A DNA stretch of 63,876 bases, the filler included, from Octopus bimaculoides (lineage: Eukaryota), in NCBI RefSeq assembly GCF_001194135.2. It is 6 parts of 6 records of this genome, joined end to end, with 100 filler letters (N's around TTAATTAATTAA, not from the genome) between each part and the next. Parts side by side here need not be neighbours in the genome. Positions count along the whole stretch, not along the records: positions 39,290 to 62,610 come from NW_026372333.1; 5 more parts are not named here. One strand, given 5' to 3'. Shown here piece by piece: positions 39,290 to 50,156 of the stretch (positions within the stretch are counted from its first letter, which is position 1; every line of letters starts with the position of its first letter). The position numbers were made by a program, and so were the translations under genes. A model generated the notes under the pieces. The model was not told the DNA's origin, searched no databases, and saw only the letters and a program-made list of their open reading frames with translations.

Positions 39290-41035
39290 GCAACCATTTG
39301 TCAAAAATAGAACGAATTTTTCTGGAAAACATCAAATCTTCGGCTGACCTACCCGACTCTGCATTTGGATTCGATGTTATTCTATACACCTGCAAAAACT
39401 TTGTCATATTTGTATCTTCAAAGGTTTCCCGTCTGGTCTTCCTTAAAGCTCTCTTGAATGTGTAGACGAATCTTTCCGCTAACCCATTTGACCTTGGGTG
39501 GTATGGAGGAATTAACACATGCTTCATCTGAACCGACTTGCAAAATGTTTTGAACTCCTTCACTGTGAATTGTGTCCCATTTTCTGACATGATCGCATCT
39601 GGCACTCCATACCGAGCGAACAGTTCTTCCAAGAAGTCAATCGTCACACTTGTGGTTAGCCTTGAACATTTACACACTTCAGGCCATTTGGAATAGCTAT
39701 CCACTACAATGATATAATAGGAGCCATTTAATGGTCCTGCGAAATCCACATGTAGTCTAGACCATGCCGGGTCTGTTTTTGGCTAAGGCTGTATCTGCAC
39801 TGGAGGGGCCCTTGCTGCCATCGCGCATCTCCTACACTGTTGTACCAGTCTCTCAATTTGCTTGTCCATATTTGGCCAATAAACGTAACTTCTCATAAGG
39901 CTCTTCATCCGGACAATCCCCGGATGTCCAACATAAAAATCTTTTAATACTCTGTTTTGCAGTACTTCAGATATTACCACTCTTTGCGCGTATAATAGTA
40001 CCTCATCACATACTGAATTGTACTTTGAACCTATTTTTTGTGTTACACAACATATTTTTAATCTTATAAACCTATCATTTTCCGATTTCAATTTAATTTC
40101 TTCCAGCATTATCGGCAAATCACGCACTACATTGCACAAAATGTTCTTCAGTTCCTTTTCCAGTTTTAACGCTGCAATCACCGTGTCTTCAAAAGGTTCC
40201 TCATATTTTGGAATCAGCCTAGACAACCCGTCTGCGTGTCCCATTTTCATTGATGGCAAAAACTTCATCTGAAAATCGTAGTTCAACAGAGTAGTTCCCA
40301 GCGCTGTAAGTAGTTTTCTGAGTGCGTGAGGATACCCTTTTTCGAACCGAAAATAGACAATAACGGTCGGTGATCATCTTGCAGTGTAAACTTCCTCCCA
40401 TGTAAGAATTTATGGAATTTTTTAACTGCGAAGATTAATGATAACGCCTCTTTTTCAATCTGGCTGTAGTTTCTTTCCGCTGATAACAGAACTCTCGATG
40501 CATGTGCAATAGCTTTGATTTTACCATCATTAAATTTATGCCATATTCACTGGCGTCCGATGCCACAATTATTTTCAATTTTGGGTTGAAATGAGTTGAT
40601 GATAACTCTGAAGTTAACCGCTTTTTTAGTTCCTCGAATGATTTCTGACATTTGTTTGTCCAATTCCATTTCGAGTCCTTCTTTAGAAATTTGTTCAACG
40701 GAGCTCTTAGCTCATACATTTTAAGTATGTACAACTGGTAATAACTTACCAAACCTAAAAATACTTGTAGTGTTGTTTTGTTAGTGGGAGCAGGCATTTT
40801 TTATCGCGTCGATCCTAGAAGGGTCTGGTTTTCGTCCGTTTTCATCGATCACTTGTTCTAAGTACATTATTTTAGTAAAAAAAAGTTCAAATTTATCATC
40901 CCTTACTTTAAATCCATAATCACATATTCGTTTGAAAACCTCGTCTATATGTTCACTATGCTGGTCCCTTGATTCACTTTTAATCAATATGTCATCCAGG
41001 TATGGGACCGCGAACTCACAATCATTTTGTAAACA
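39290..41035 (-). mobile_element. Decayed Ty3/Gypsy LTR-retrotransposon pol (RT-RNaseH-integrase), antisense and downstream of the last visible exon
   Basis: RT YLDD at 41002-40991; FLGLVSYY...LRAPLNKFLKKDSKWNW; RNaseH DASEYG and HADGLSRL; integrase HPGIVRMKSLMRSYVYWPNMD...C..C, LHVDFAGP, VVDSYSKWPE, ENGTQF, PPYHPRSNGLAERFV. The order RT-RH-INT indicates Gypsy. Contains frameshifts. Confidence 0.95.
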
Positions 41036-41039
41036 AAAA

Positions 41040-42528
41040 CGAAAAGTATCAAATGTGTGAAAAGACGATTGAAAACAAGACATTTTCATTTTAAAATTTT
41101 CTCTTCTTTTCATGCTTATTGTATTTGTCGCAAAAATGAAAAGTATCTAAAGTGTGAAAAGACGATTGAAAACAAGACATTTTCATTTTAATATTTTCTC
41201 TTCTTTTCATGCTTATTTGCAATATTTTGTGACGTTGTGTACTCTCAGACAGTGTGTGATTTCAGTGAAATGTTTGATAAATATAATCTTCTCATCCATC
41301 ATCTAACATNNNNNNNNNNNNNNNNNNNNNNNNNNNNNNNNNNNNNNNNNNNNNNNNNNNNNNNNNNNNNNNNNNNNNNNNNNNNNNNNNNNNNNNNNNN
41401 NNNNNNNNNNNNNNNNNNNNNNNNNNNNNNNNNNNNNNNNNNNNNNNNNNNNNNNNNNNNNNNNNNNNNNNNNNNNNNNNNNNNNNNNNNNNNNNNNNNN
41501 NNNNNNNNNNNNNNNNNNNNNNNNNNNNNNNNNNNNNNNNNNNNNNNNNNNNNNNNNNNNNNNNNNNNNNNNNNNNNNNNNNNNNNNNNNNNNNNNNNNN
41601 NNNNNNNNNNNNNNNNNNNNNNNNNNNNNNNNNNNNNNNNNNNNNNNNNNNNNNNNNNNNNNNNNNNNNNNNNNNNNNNNNNNNNNNNNNNNNNNNNNNN
41701 NNNNNNNNNNNNNNNNNNNNNNNNNNNNNNNNNNTACCTCGTCTATCAGATAACACAACAAATTAATTCTTAACTGTGTGTTACAAAATATGAAAAATGT
41801 GGCAAATGTTTGACAAATGTGACAATTTTGACAAATTTAAATATTGTGAACTGGAATATCAGAAATTGTCATTTGAAAATTATGTAAGAATTTTACGATT
41901 ATTTGCAATATTTTGTAATTTTCACTTTCCTCAGAAAGCTCCTGATTTCAGAGAAAAGTTTGTAAAATATAATCTATTCATCAATCATCTAACGCATATT
42001 AACCAAATAGTTCTCAAAATGAAAAGTGTTTGTGGCAAAAGTGTAAGTATCTAATGTGTGAAATGGAAACTGGAAAACAAGAAATTTTCCTTTTAAACTT
42101 TTCTCTACTTTTCATGCTTATTTGCAATATTTTGTGACGTTTTTTTTTTGCTAGAAATGTTGTGATTTCAGGCAAAGATTTGGTATATATAATTTTCTCA
42201 TGTATCAGATAACACCACGCATTAGTTCTTAAATGTGTGTTAGAACATATGAAAATGTCGCAAATGTGTGACAAAATGTGACAAATGTGAAACTAGTTAA
42301 CTGGAATACCAGAAATTGCCATTTGAAAATTAAGTAACAATTTCATGATTATTTGGAATATTTTGTAATTTTGTGTTCTCTGAGAAATGTTGTGATTTCA
42401 GTGAAATGTTTGGTAAATATAATCTTCTCATCAATCATCTGACGTATATTAACCCATTAGATTTCAAAATGAAAAGTGTTTGTGGCAAAAGTGTAAGTAT
42501 CTAATGTGTGAAATGGAAATTGGGAAAC
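41040..42528 (+). repeat. AT-rich ~200-230 bp tandem repeat (diverged relative of the 55.7-62.6 kb satellite)
   Basis: Recurrent gaaaacaaga.attttc.tttt.aaa, gatttcagtgaaatgtttg.taaatataatctt and aaatgaaaagt motifs shared with 55.7-62.6 kb. Confidence 0.75.
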
Positions 42529-44470
42529 NNNNNNNNNNNNNNNNNNNNNNNNNNNNNNNNNNNNNNNNNNNNNNNNNNNNNNNNNNNNNNNNNNNNNNNN
42601 NNNNNNNNNNNNNNNNNNNNNNNNNNNNNNNNNNNNNNNNNNNNNNNNNNNNNNNNNNNNNNNNNNNNNNNNNNNNNNNNNNNNNNNNNNNNNNNNNNNN
42701 NNNNNNNNNNNNNNNNNNNNNNNNNNNNNNNNNNNNNNNNNNNNNNNNNNNNNNNNNNNNNNNNNNNNNNNNNNNNNNNNNNNNNNNNNNNNNNNNNNNN
42801 NNNNNNNNNNNNNNNNNNNNNNNNNNNNNNNNNNNNNNNNNNNNNNNNNNNNNNNNNNNNNNNNNNNNNNNNNNNNNNNNNNNNNNNNNNNNNNNNNNNN
42901 NNNNNNNNNNNNNNNNNNNNNNNNNNNNNNNNNNNNNNNNNNNNNNNNNNNNNNNNNNNNNNNNNNNNNNNNNNNNNNNNNNNNNNNNNNNNNNNNNNNN
43001 NNNNNNNNNNNNNNNNNNNNNNNNNNNNNNNNNNNNNNNNNNNNNNNNNNNNNNNNNNNNNNNNNNNNNNNNNNNNNNNNNNNNNNNNNNNNNNNNNNNN
43101 NNNNNNNNNNNNNNNNNNNNNNNNNNNNNNNNNNNNNNNNNNNNNNNNNNNNNNNNNNNNNNNNNNNNNNNNNNNNNNNNNNNNNNNNNNNNNNNNNNNN
43201 NNNNNNNNNNNNNNNNNNNNNNNNNNNNNNNNNNNNNNNNNNNNNNNNNNNNNNNNNNNNNNNNNNNNNNNNNNNNNNNNNNNNNNNNNNNNNNNNNNNN
43301 NNNNNNNNNNNNNNNNNNNNNTCTACCTCCACCGTTCCATAATTTCTTCTTTTGGCAGCACCTTCACCTTCGTTACCCTCCGTTTTGATCATTTCCTTAA
43401 ACCTGCTCAACTCCGTCAGCCTCGCGTTTTCGGTTTTTCTTTCGCCGTCTCTGCTTAATTCTTCGCCTCTATCTCCTCGTCAGTTCTGTTTAGACACTTC
43501 ACCAATTCTTCCTCAGAAGACACAAAGTCGGAAGAAGAAGAACTCAACCCTTCGCAATTCATAACGCAGTCATGACGCTCTTCCATTAAACAAGAAGAAA
43601 GACAGAAAGACAGTAGCTCAACTAACAAACAATAAACTGGAAGCTCACAGTGAACTGCTTTATTTTATGATATTGGCTATGTAAGACTTACATAGAGGGG
43701 ACAGCACAAGGTGGGGGTAAAAAAAACGAATAGGAAGGATGAATTGAATATAATGAAAAAATGATATGAAGCCGTTCAGCCCCACCTCTGAGGAACTTCA
43801 TTGTACCTGTTAATACAATTTTTTTTCTTTAAATCTACTAATTTATAACATTGATAATACCATCTGAAATAGCTAATTTCCACCTTTTTGGAAAACAACT
43901 ATGTTAAATTCCTTTAAATTATATGAATAGTTTACCCTTTTAGACATTGTGCTGATGTCTATTTTCTTAACCCACGAATCAAAATCAATGTCTTCCTCGT
44001 AATTCCTCAATCTCAAAAGATACTCCGGGTCTGCCCCTCCATAGTAAAAGTCCTCGGGTAACCCAACTGTTCTTGTTACATCCACTTTTATTGCTCTGTC
44101 CCATGTCTCTGTCTCATTACAAAGTTCTTCCTTTTGTCTATTGTACAATATAACAAATTTATGCAAGAGTCAGAGTGGGGAAACTTGTGGCTCCTGCATA
44201 TTTGTGCTTGTGTTTATGTCAGGTGTAGTATGGAGAAAGCTGGTGTCTTTAGGGAGTGTTTGGGCTAGAGTTAGTGTGGATGGGAGCCAGATGGCTGTAA
44301 GATGGGAGTCGTCATTTATTACGTGTGCTGTTTTTCTCCTCTTCTTTTAGTACAGTCTGGCGGTAGCTATCTCCCGAAACTGCACCTCCACCGTTCCATA
44401 CTTTTTTTCCCCTGGCAAGTTAGGAAATCACTTGGTCTCAGCGCCTTTTCAACTTGGGTACTGACACTAC

Positions 44471-45254
44471 GGACCTTTATGATTTGACGGGCAACATTTT
44501 TTTATGTAGTGTTTTTGGTACCGAAACACTTTCAAACTTCGTATACTTGTATATTTTGTGGTATAGAACAGATAAAAAATTTTGTATTCGAAGTTATTTC
44601 ACTTTAAAAATTGTCTTATTTCAATAATTTCAACTAATCACTGACGTCTATTCAGTTGAATACAGTTACTACTGTGACGGTGTATATAGTATTAATCCCC
44701 ATTAGTTCTGACATTTCCGATTAACTAGACTGTTCGTAAACAAAGGGGGAAAAGCCATCAAAATACTTGAATATTGCCTGCACTTGTTATTGGAGCTGCC
44801 ACAATTATTAATGCACCTCCACCAAGTGCTTCGTTTCCTAGAAATAGCAGCCAAATCTTCTTCAAATCAAACTCTAGTTTAGGGTTAGGGTTAGGGTTAT
44901 GAGTGAGGTTATGGCAAAAATATACACACACAGATACGCACAGCGTAATTTATTATATAAACGATATATGCGTATAAATTACGATTAAATCGGATGAAAT
45001 ATGTCACAGGGAATAACATGTTTATGACCGGCCAAAAATGATTGTTTACGAAAGAGCGTTGACTGTATTCAGCTGAATAGACGTCAGTGATTGGTCGAAA
45101 TTACAGAAATACGACAACTTTAACATGAAACAACTTGCAATGTACAATTTTTTGTTAAGAAAAAGTTGTTTTGTATGACACATTCTACCAGTGTCCCGAG
45201 TTTGAAAGTGTTTCGTTAAGAAAACAAGTGTTGGTCGTCAAATCACAAAGATCC
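44471..45254. mobile_element. 784-bp MITE with ~195-bp imperfect TIRs and 8-bp TSD (Merlin- or Mutator-type)
   Basis: Left ggacctttatgatttgacgggcaac versus right reverse complement ggatctttgtgatttgacgaccaac. Inner TIR ends atcactgacgtctattcagttgaatacagt / actgtattcagctgaatagacgtcagtgat. TSD gacactac at 44463-44470 and 45255-45262. Confidence 0.9.
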
Positions 45255-47477
45255 GACACTACTTCAATTTTTCTCGTTGCCACCGCGTACATTCTGTAAA
45301 TTATCGTTCTCTTAAATTTTTCTTTTAAAACTTCTTTGGGTGATAACACACTCACTTTGTTCCCTCCCTTTTAATTACTTCTTTGAAACTGCTGAACTCA
45401 CGTGTTCGGTTTTTTCCTTCACCGCCTCTGATTGATTCTTCGCCTCCATTTCCTCGTCAATTCTATTCAAACTCTTCGCCAATTATTACTCAGACGACGC
45501 AATGTCTGAAGAAGAGGAACTCAAAACTTCGTAATTCATAACACGTCGTTCTCTCATTAAACAGGATGGAAGAAGTCGTACACCACCGCTGCAAGGCAGC
45601 TAAAAACACGTGTTTAACACAAATATAGTAGTACAACTAACAAATAATAAACCGGTCACACTGAATTCTTTTATTTTATATTGGTTATGGAAGCCATGCA
45701 TAGAGGAGACAGCAGAAGGTGGGGACAAAAAATACCCACTGCTTTATTTTATGATATTGGCTATGTAAACTGTACATAGAGGGGACAGCATAAGGTTGAC
45801 ACAAAAAACAAAACGGCTCCCACCCATACCCACTTTACTCCAACCACTCTCTCCATACTCCTCCTGACATAAACACAAGCACAAACACACACAAGCCCCA
45901 AATTTCCCCACTCTGGCTCTTGCATAAATTTGTTATATTATACGATAGACAAAAAGAAGAACTTTGTAATGAGACAGAGACATGAGACAGAGTAATAAAA
46001 GTGAATGTAACAGGCGTAGTGGGGTTGCAGGAGGACATTTACTATGCAGTGGCAGATCCAGAGTATGTTTGGAGATTAAGGAATTACGAGGAAGACATTG
46101 ATATTTATTGGGAGTTAAGAAAATAAACGTCTGCACATTGCCTAAAACGGTAAGTTAATCCTATATTTTAAAGGGATTTAACATAGAGGTTTTCCAAACA
46201 AGTGGAAATTAGCTGTTACAAATGGTATTATAATGCTATTATAAATTAGTGGTTTGAAAAGAAAAAAGGTTGTATTCACAGGTTCAATAAAGTCGCTCGG
46301 ATGTCCATCCGAACGGCTTCATATCATTTTTTCATTATATTCAATTCATCCTTCCCATTCGTTTTGGTTTTTGTCCCCACCTTATGTTGTGCCCTCTATG
46401 TACAGCTTACATAGCCAATATAATAAAATAAAGCAGTTCACTGTCACCGGTCTGCTTGTTACTTGAACTACTGTCTTTGTGTGAAACACGTGACGTCTAC
46501 CCTCCTGTTTAACGGAAAAGCTTTGTATTATGAATTTACGAAGATTTGAATTCTTCAGACTTTGTGTCTTCAGACGAAGAATTCATGAAGTGTCTGAATA
46601 GAATTGACGAAGAAATAGAGACGAAGTGTTAAGCAGTGGTAGCGAAAGAAAGTACCGAAGACATGAGTCTGAAGGCGTTGAGCAGTTTCAAATAATTAAA
46701 AGGGAAAGCGAAGTGAAGGTTTTCTCCCCCAAAGAAGTTTTAAAAGAAAAAATTGAGAGGTCGATTATTTACAGAACGTACGCTGTGGCAAAGAGAAAAA
46801 TTGAAGTCCTTTCAGAACCAAAGTTGAAAAGGCGCTGAGACCAGTCTTGCCAGGGGAAGAAAGTATGGAATAGTGAAGGTGCAGATTCGGGAGATAGCTA
46901 CCGCCAGACTGCCCTCAGCAACTCCGCTAAAAACTGATGAAGTGGTGCTTCTTCCCGTATACCTTGGGAGGCGAGATTCAGGTTTAGGGTGAAAGATATA
47001 CCCCACCCCAGAAGTGGATGTAGCCTTGCTGGTGGCTGCCATACTGCTAGACATGGAGTAGATGGTAGTGGTTCTGCAGGCCACCAGAACACTCTACAGG
47101 AACTGGCAAGGTCAGAGCTTAGACATGGTACTACAGGTTGCCACGGAAGACAATGAAAACATGTTGGAGACCATCACGGTCGAAGTGACAATAAGAATTA
47201 GAATAAGTAAGAGGTCTCAGCGCCTTTTCAGCTCGGGTTCTAACACTACTTCAATATTTCTAGTTGCCACGGCGTATGTCCTGTAAATAATCGTCCTCTA
47301 ATTTTTTCCTTGTAAAAGTTTGGCGGGGAACACCTTCACAGTGTTCCCCGCCCTCTTAAGTATTTCCTTGAACCTGCTCAATACTTCCAGACTCTTACTT
47401 TTTCCTTTTATCGATTCAGCATAATTTTTTTGTTTCCATTTCCTCGTTTATTTTTTGTAAGCATTCTACAATCTCTT

Positions 47478-47528
47478 CCGCGGTGCTATAAATGTGGTAT
47501 GAAACGTCACGTTCGAGTGGACTGTCCA
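47478..47528 (+). pseudogene. CCHC zinc knuckle (PRCYKCGMKRHVRVDCP) of the ORF1-like protein
   Basis: ccg cgg tgc tat aaa tgt ggt atg aaa cgt cac gtt cga gtg gac tgt cca = C-X2-C-X4-H-X4-C. Confidence 0.85.
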
Positions 47529-50156
47529 CCACCGGTGAAGTCTAAGGAGAGGTAACAGAAAGTAGTTGGTCCTCCAATCCCGTGGAAGCTGAGGAGAAGC
47601 ACTTGAAGGAAGTTGAAAGTGCACCACAGACACAAACGAGTATCAGCGTCGAAGAAGTGGAGGTAAATACCGGCTGGGAAATAGCTAGGAAAAAAAAAGA
47701 CTGCACACGTGGTAAATGACGACCTCTATCCCACACCCAACCCGCTCCCACCTATACTCACTCTACTGCAACTGATACCAACCCTCTCTATACCCCACCT
47801 GACATAAACACAAGCACAAACACATTGGAGCCGCAAATTTCCCCACCCTAGCCCTTGGGATAAATTTTTATATGGTACAATAGACAAAAGGAAGAACTTT
47901 GTAATGAGATATAGACATGTAAGAGAGCAATAAAAGGGGAAGTTACAGGAGTAGTGGGGTAGCACGAGGACATTTACTATGCAGTGGCAGACTCGGCGTA
48001 TCTTTTGAGATTGAGTAATTACGAGGAAGATTGTTGAGTTAAGAAAATAGACATCGGAACGTTTCCTAAAAGGGTAAGTTATTCATATATTCTCCCTTCC
48101 ACTCTAACTCTTAGGTCCACTTCACCGACCGTGGAAGTCTTCACCGTGTTTTCAATGTCTTCCGGACCCACCTGTACTATCATGTCTAAACTCTGCCCTT
48201 GCCAGTTCCTTTGGGGTGTTCCAGTGGCCTGCAAGACCATTACTCTCTTCTCCATTCCTAGCAGTATGGCAGCTACCCGCCAGACTACATCCACTTGTGG
48301 GTGTATATCTTCTACCCTATCCCTGGAAGCAAGTCTCCCAATGTATGGGGGTAGAAGCAGCACTTCGATTTTAACTGTGTTTCCGAGTGCAGTCTGATGG
48401 TAGCTATCTCCCGAAACTGCACTTCCACCGATCCATACTTTCTTCCCTGGCAAGGTAGGAAATCCCTTGCCAGACTGGTGTCAGCGAATCTCAGCTTGGG
48501 TTCTGACACTACTTCAATTTTTCTCGTTGCCACGGCGTATGTCCTGTAAATAATCGTCCTCTAATTTTTTCCATGTAATACTTTGGCGAGAAACACCTTC
48601 ACAGCGTTCCCCTCCCTTTTAAGTATTTCCTTGAACCTGCTCAATACTTCCAGACTCACGTCTTTACTTTTTCCTTTTGCCGATTCAGCATAATTTTTTG
48701 TTTCCATTTCCTCGTTCATTCTTAGTAAACATTTTACCATCTCTTCCTCAGACGATATAAAGTCTGAAGAACTTAAATCTTCGTAATTCATAACACGATG
48801 CTCTTCCATTAAACAATAGAGATGACGTCGCACACCACCGCTGCAGGACAGGCAAAAACACGTGTTACACAAAAAAAAACAGGAGTTCAATTAAGAAACA
48901 ATAAACCGGAAGTGCTTACCTCGAATTGCTCATAGTTCTTTATTTTATAGCAATGAGTCAGTCCACATTTAGACATATGGGACTGATCGGAGTCCTTCCA
49001 CAACACCTACACTATTCCCTCTCTTTGATGGTAATTTGTCATTCCTACGGCCTTCTTAATTCATTCCATGCTCACAACACATGACACAATGATCACCAAA
49101 TTCCAATCCTGTTTATCCAACCATCACACTACTCAAGCTTTCATCCACTACATCGATGCTTTTCATACTGGCATGGTTTGGATGGGCTGTACATGGTGCA
49201 TTTTATCATAACACTTTAACTAGAGGGTCGTTTCATCTTTATCAAGACAAAAGAGTCTCATGACCAAGCAGTATTGAAAGAAGAGAGAATAATGACATAA
49301 AGGAGCAGAGGTTTTTGGAATGTGCGAGTGAAAGAAGAAGCTCGATAAAAGAATGGTTGCTTGGGAAAGAAACGGTGATGGTGGGTATGAATAATGAATG
49401 TTAATATGGATGGGTGATGGTAAGAAAGTACAACAAAAGTCAACAATGAATGGCATGGGAAGAGGGAGTAATGGTTGGGAGCACAGAAAGAATGATGGTG
49501 GGCATGTCTTATATGAACAGGTTTGAGGCTGGTAGACTGTAATGAACGGTGGTAGAGTACACAAAGATTCAAGTTATAGAGGTGGCATGATGCAATGAAC
49601 AGGAGAGAAGGTAACTAGGGCTAAGTGAGTGTCAAGTTAGGGGACCAGACAGATCTAGTATTATCTCCATATACATGGGAAGCATGATACAATTAATAGG
49701 AGAGAGAGAGGGGTGAACAGAGAGAACACAATAAAAAAATTAATGATAGAGCTTGCTAAAATATTATCACCTATACATAATCTAGTTGATATTTAAAATC
49801 TTACCATTTAAAATCTGACCATTTAAAATCTTATTTTTGGAGATGTGTTTTCGTTTCTTTTTATGCAAATTGTCAAGTTTAACCTGAACACTGTGTTTAT
49901 TTGTACGTTCCGAACTCCTTCAGTACTACATTTTCAGCATTTGATTTTCCATTTTAGCACCGTTGTGTACGTTTTTATCAGTACGATCAGACACCAATCA
50001 TCAATGTAATTCGTGAAGGTTCAGATTCCTGAGGTTACTCTTCACTATTTTAGCCTATATTTTCCACAGAGTCCATCTGCTCCTTTTTATACAGTTTTCT
50101 CAGTTGCACACTACACCCAATTCATTCTATATTCAGATTTTATCTCAACCTATGTA

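Larger units (their letters stand above)
43322..48950. mobile_element. Cluster of at least 5 partial, tandem and inverted copies of a ~1.7 kb element encoding a single LINE ORF1/gag-like protein
   Basis: Homologous modules recur on both strands: SSDFVSSEEE..KCL.R..EE.E.KN; IIYRTYAVA.RKIEV; KYG.VEVQFREIAT; RV.DI.PEVDV..LVAAILL; NWQGQSLDM; VRVEGR; CCHC knuckle; C-terminal HKFVILY.RQKEELCNETETW domain; a common 3' tail. Confidence 0.8.

Noticed and set aside
48079-48453. ORF first suspected to be dUTPase-like or viral
   Set aside because: No dUTPase motifs. Comparing frames across copies shows it is a frameshifted part of the ORF1-like protein leading into VEGR-PRCYKC.
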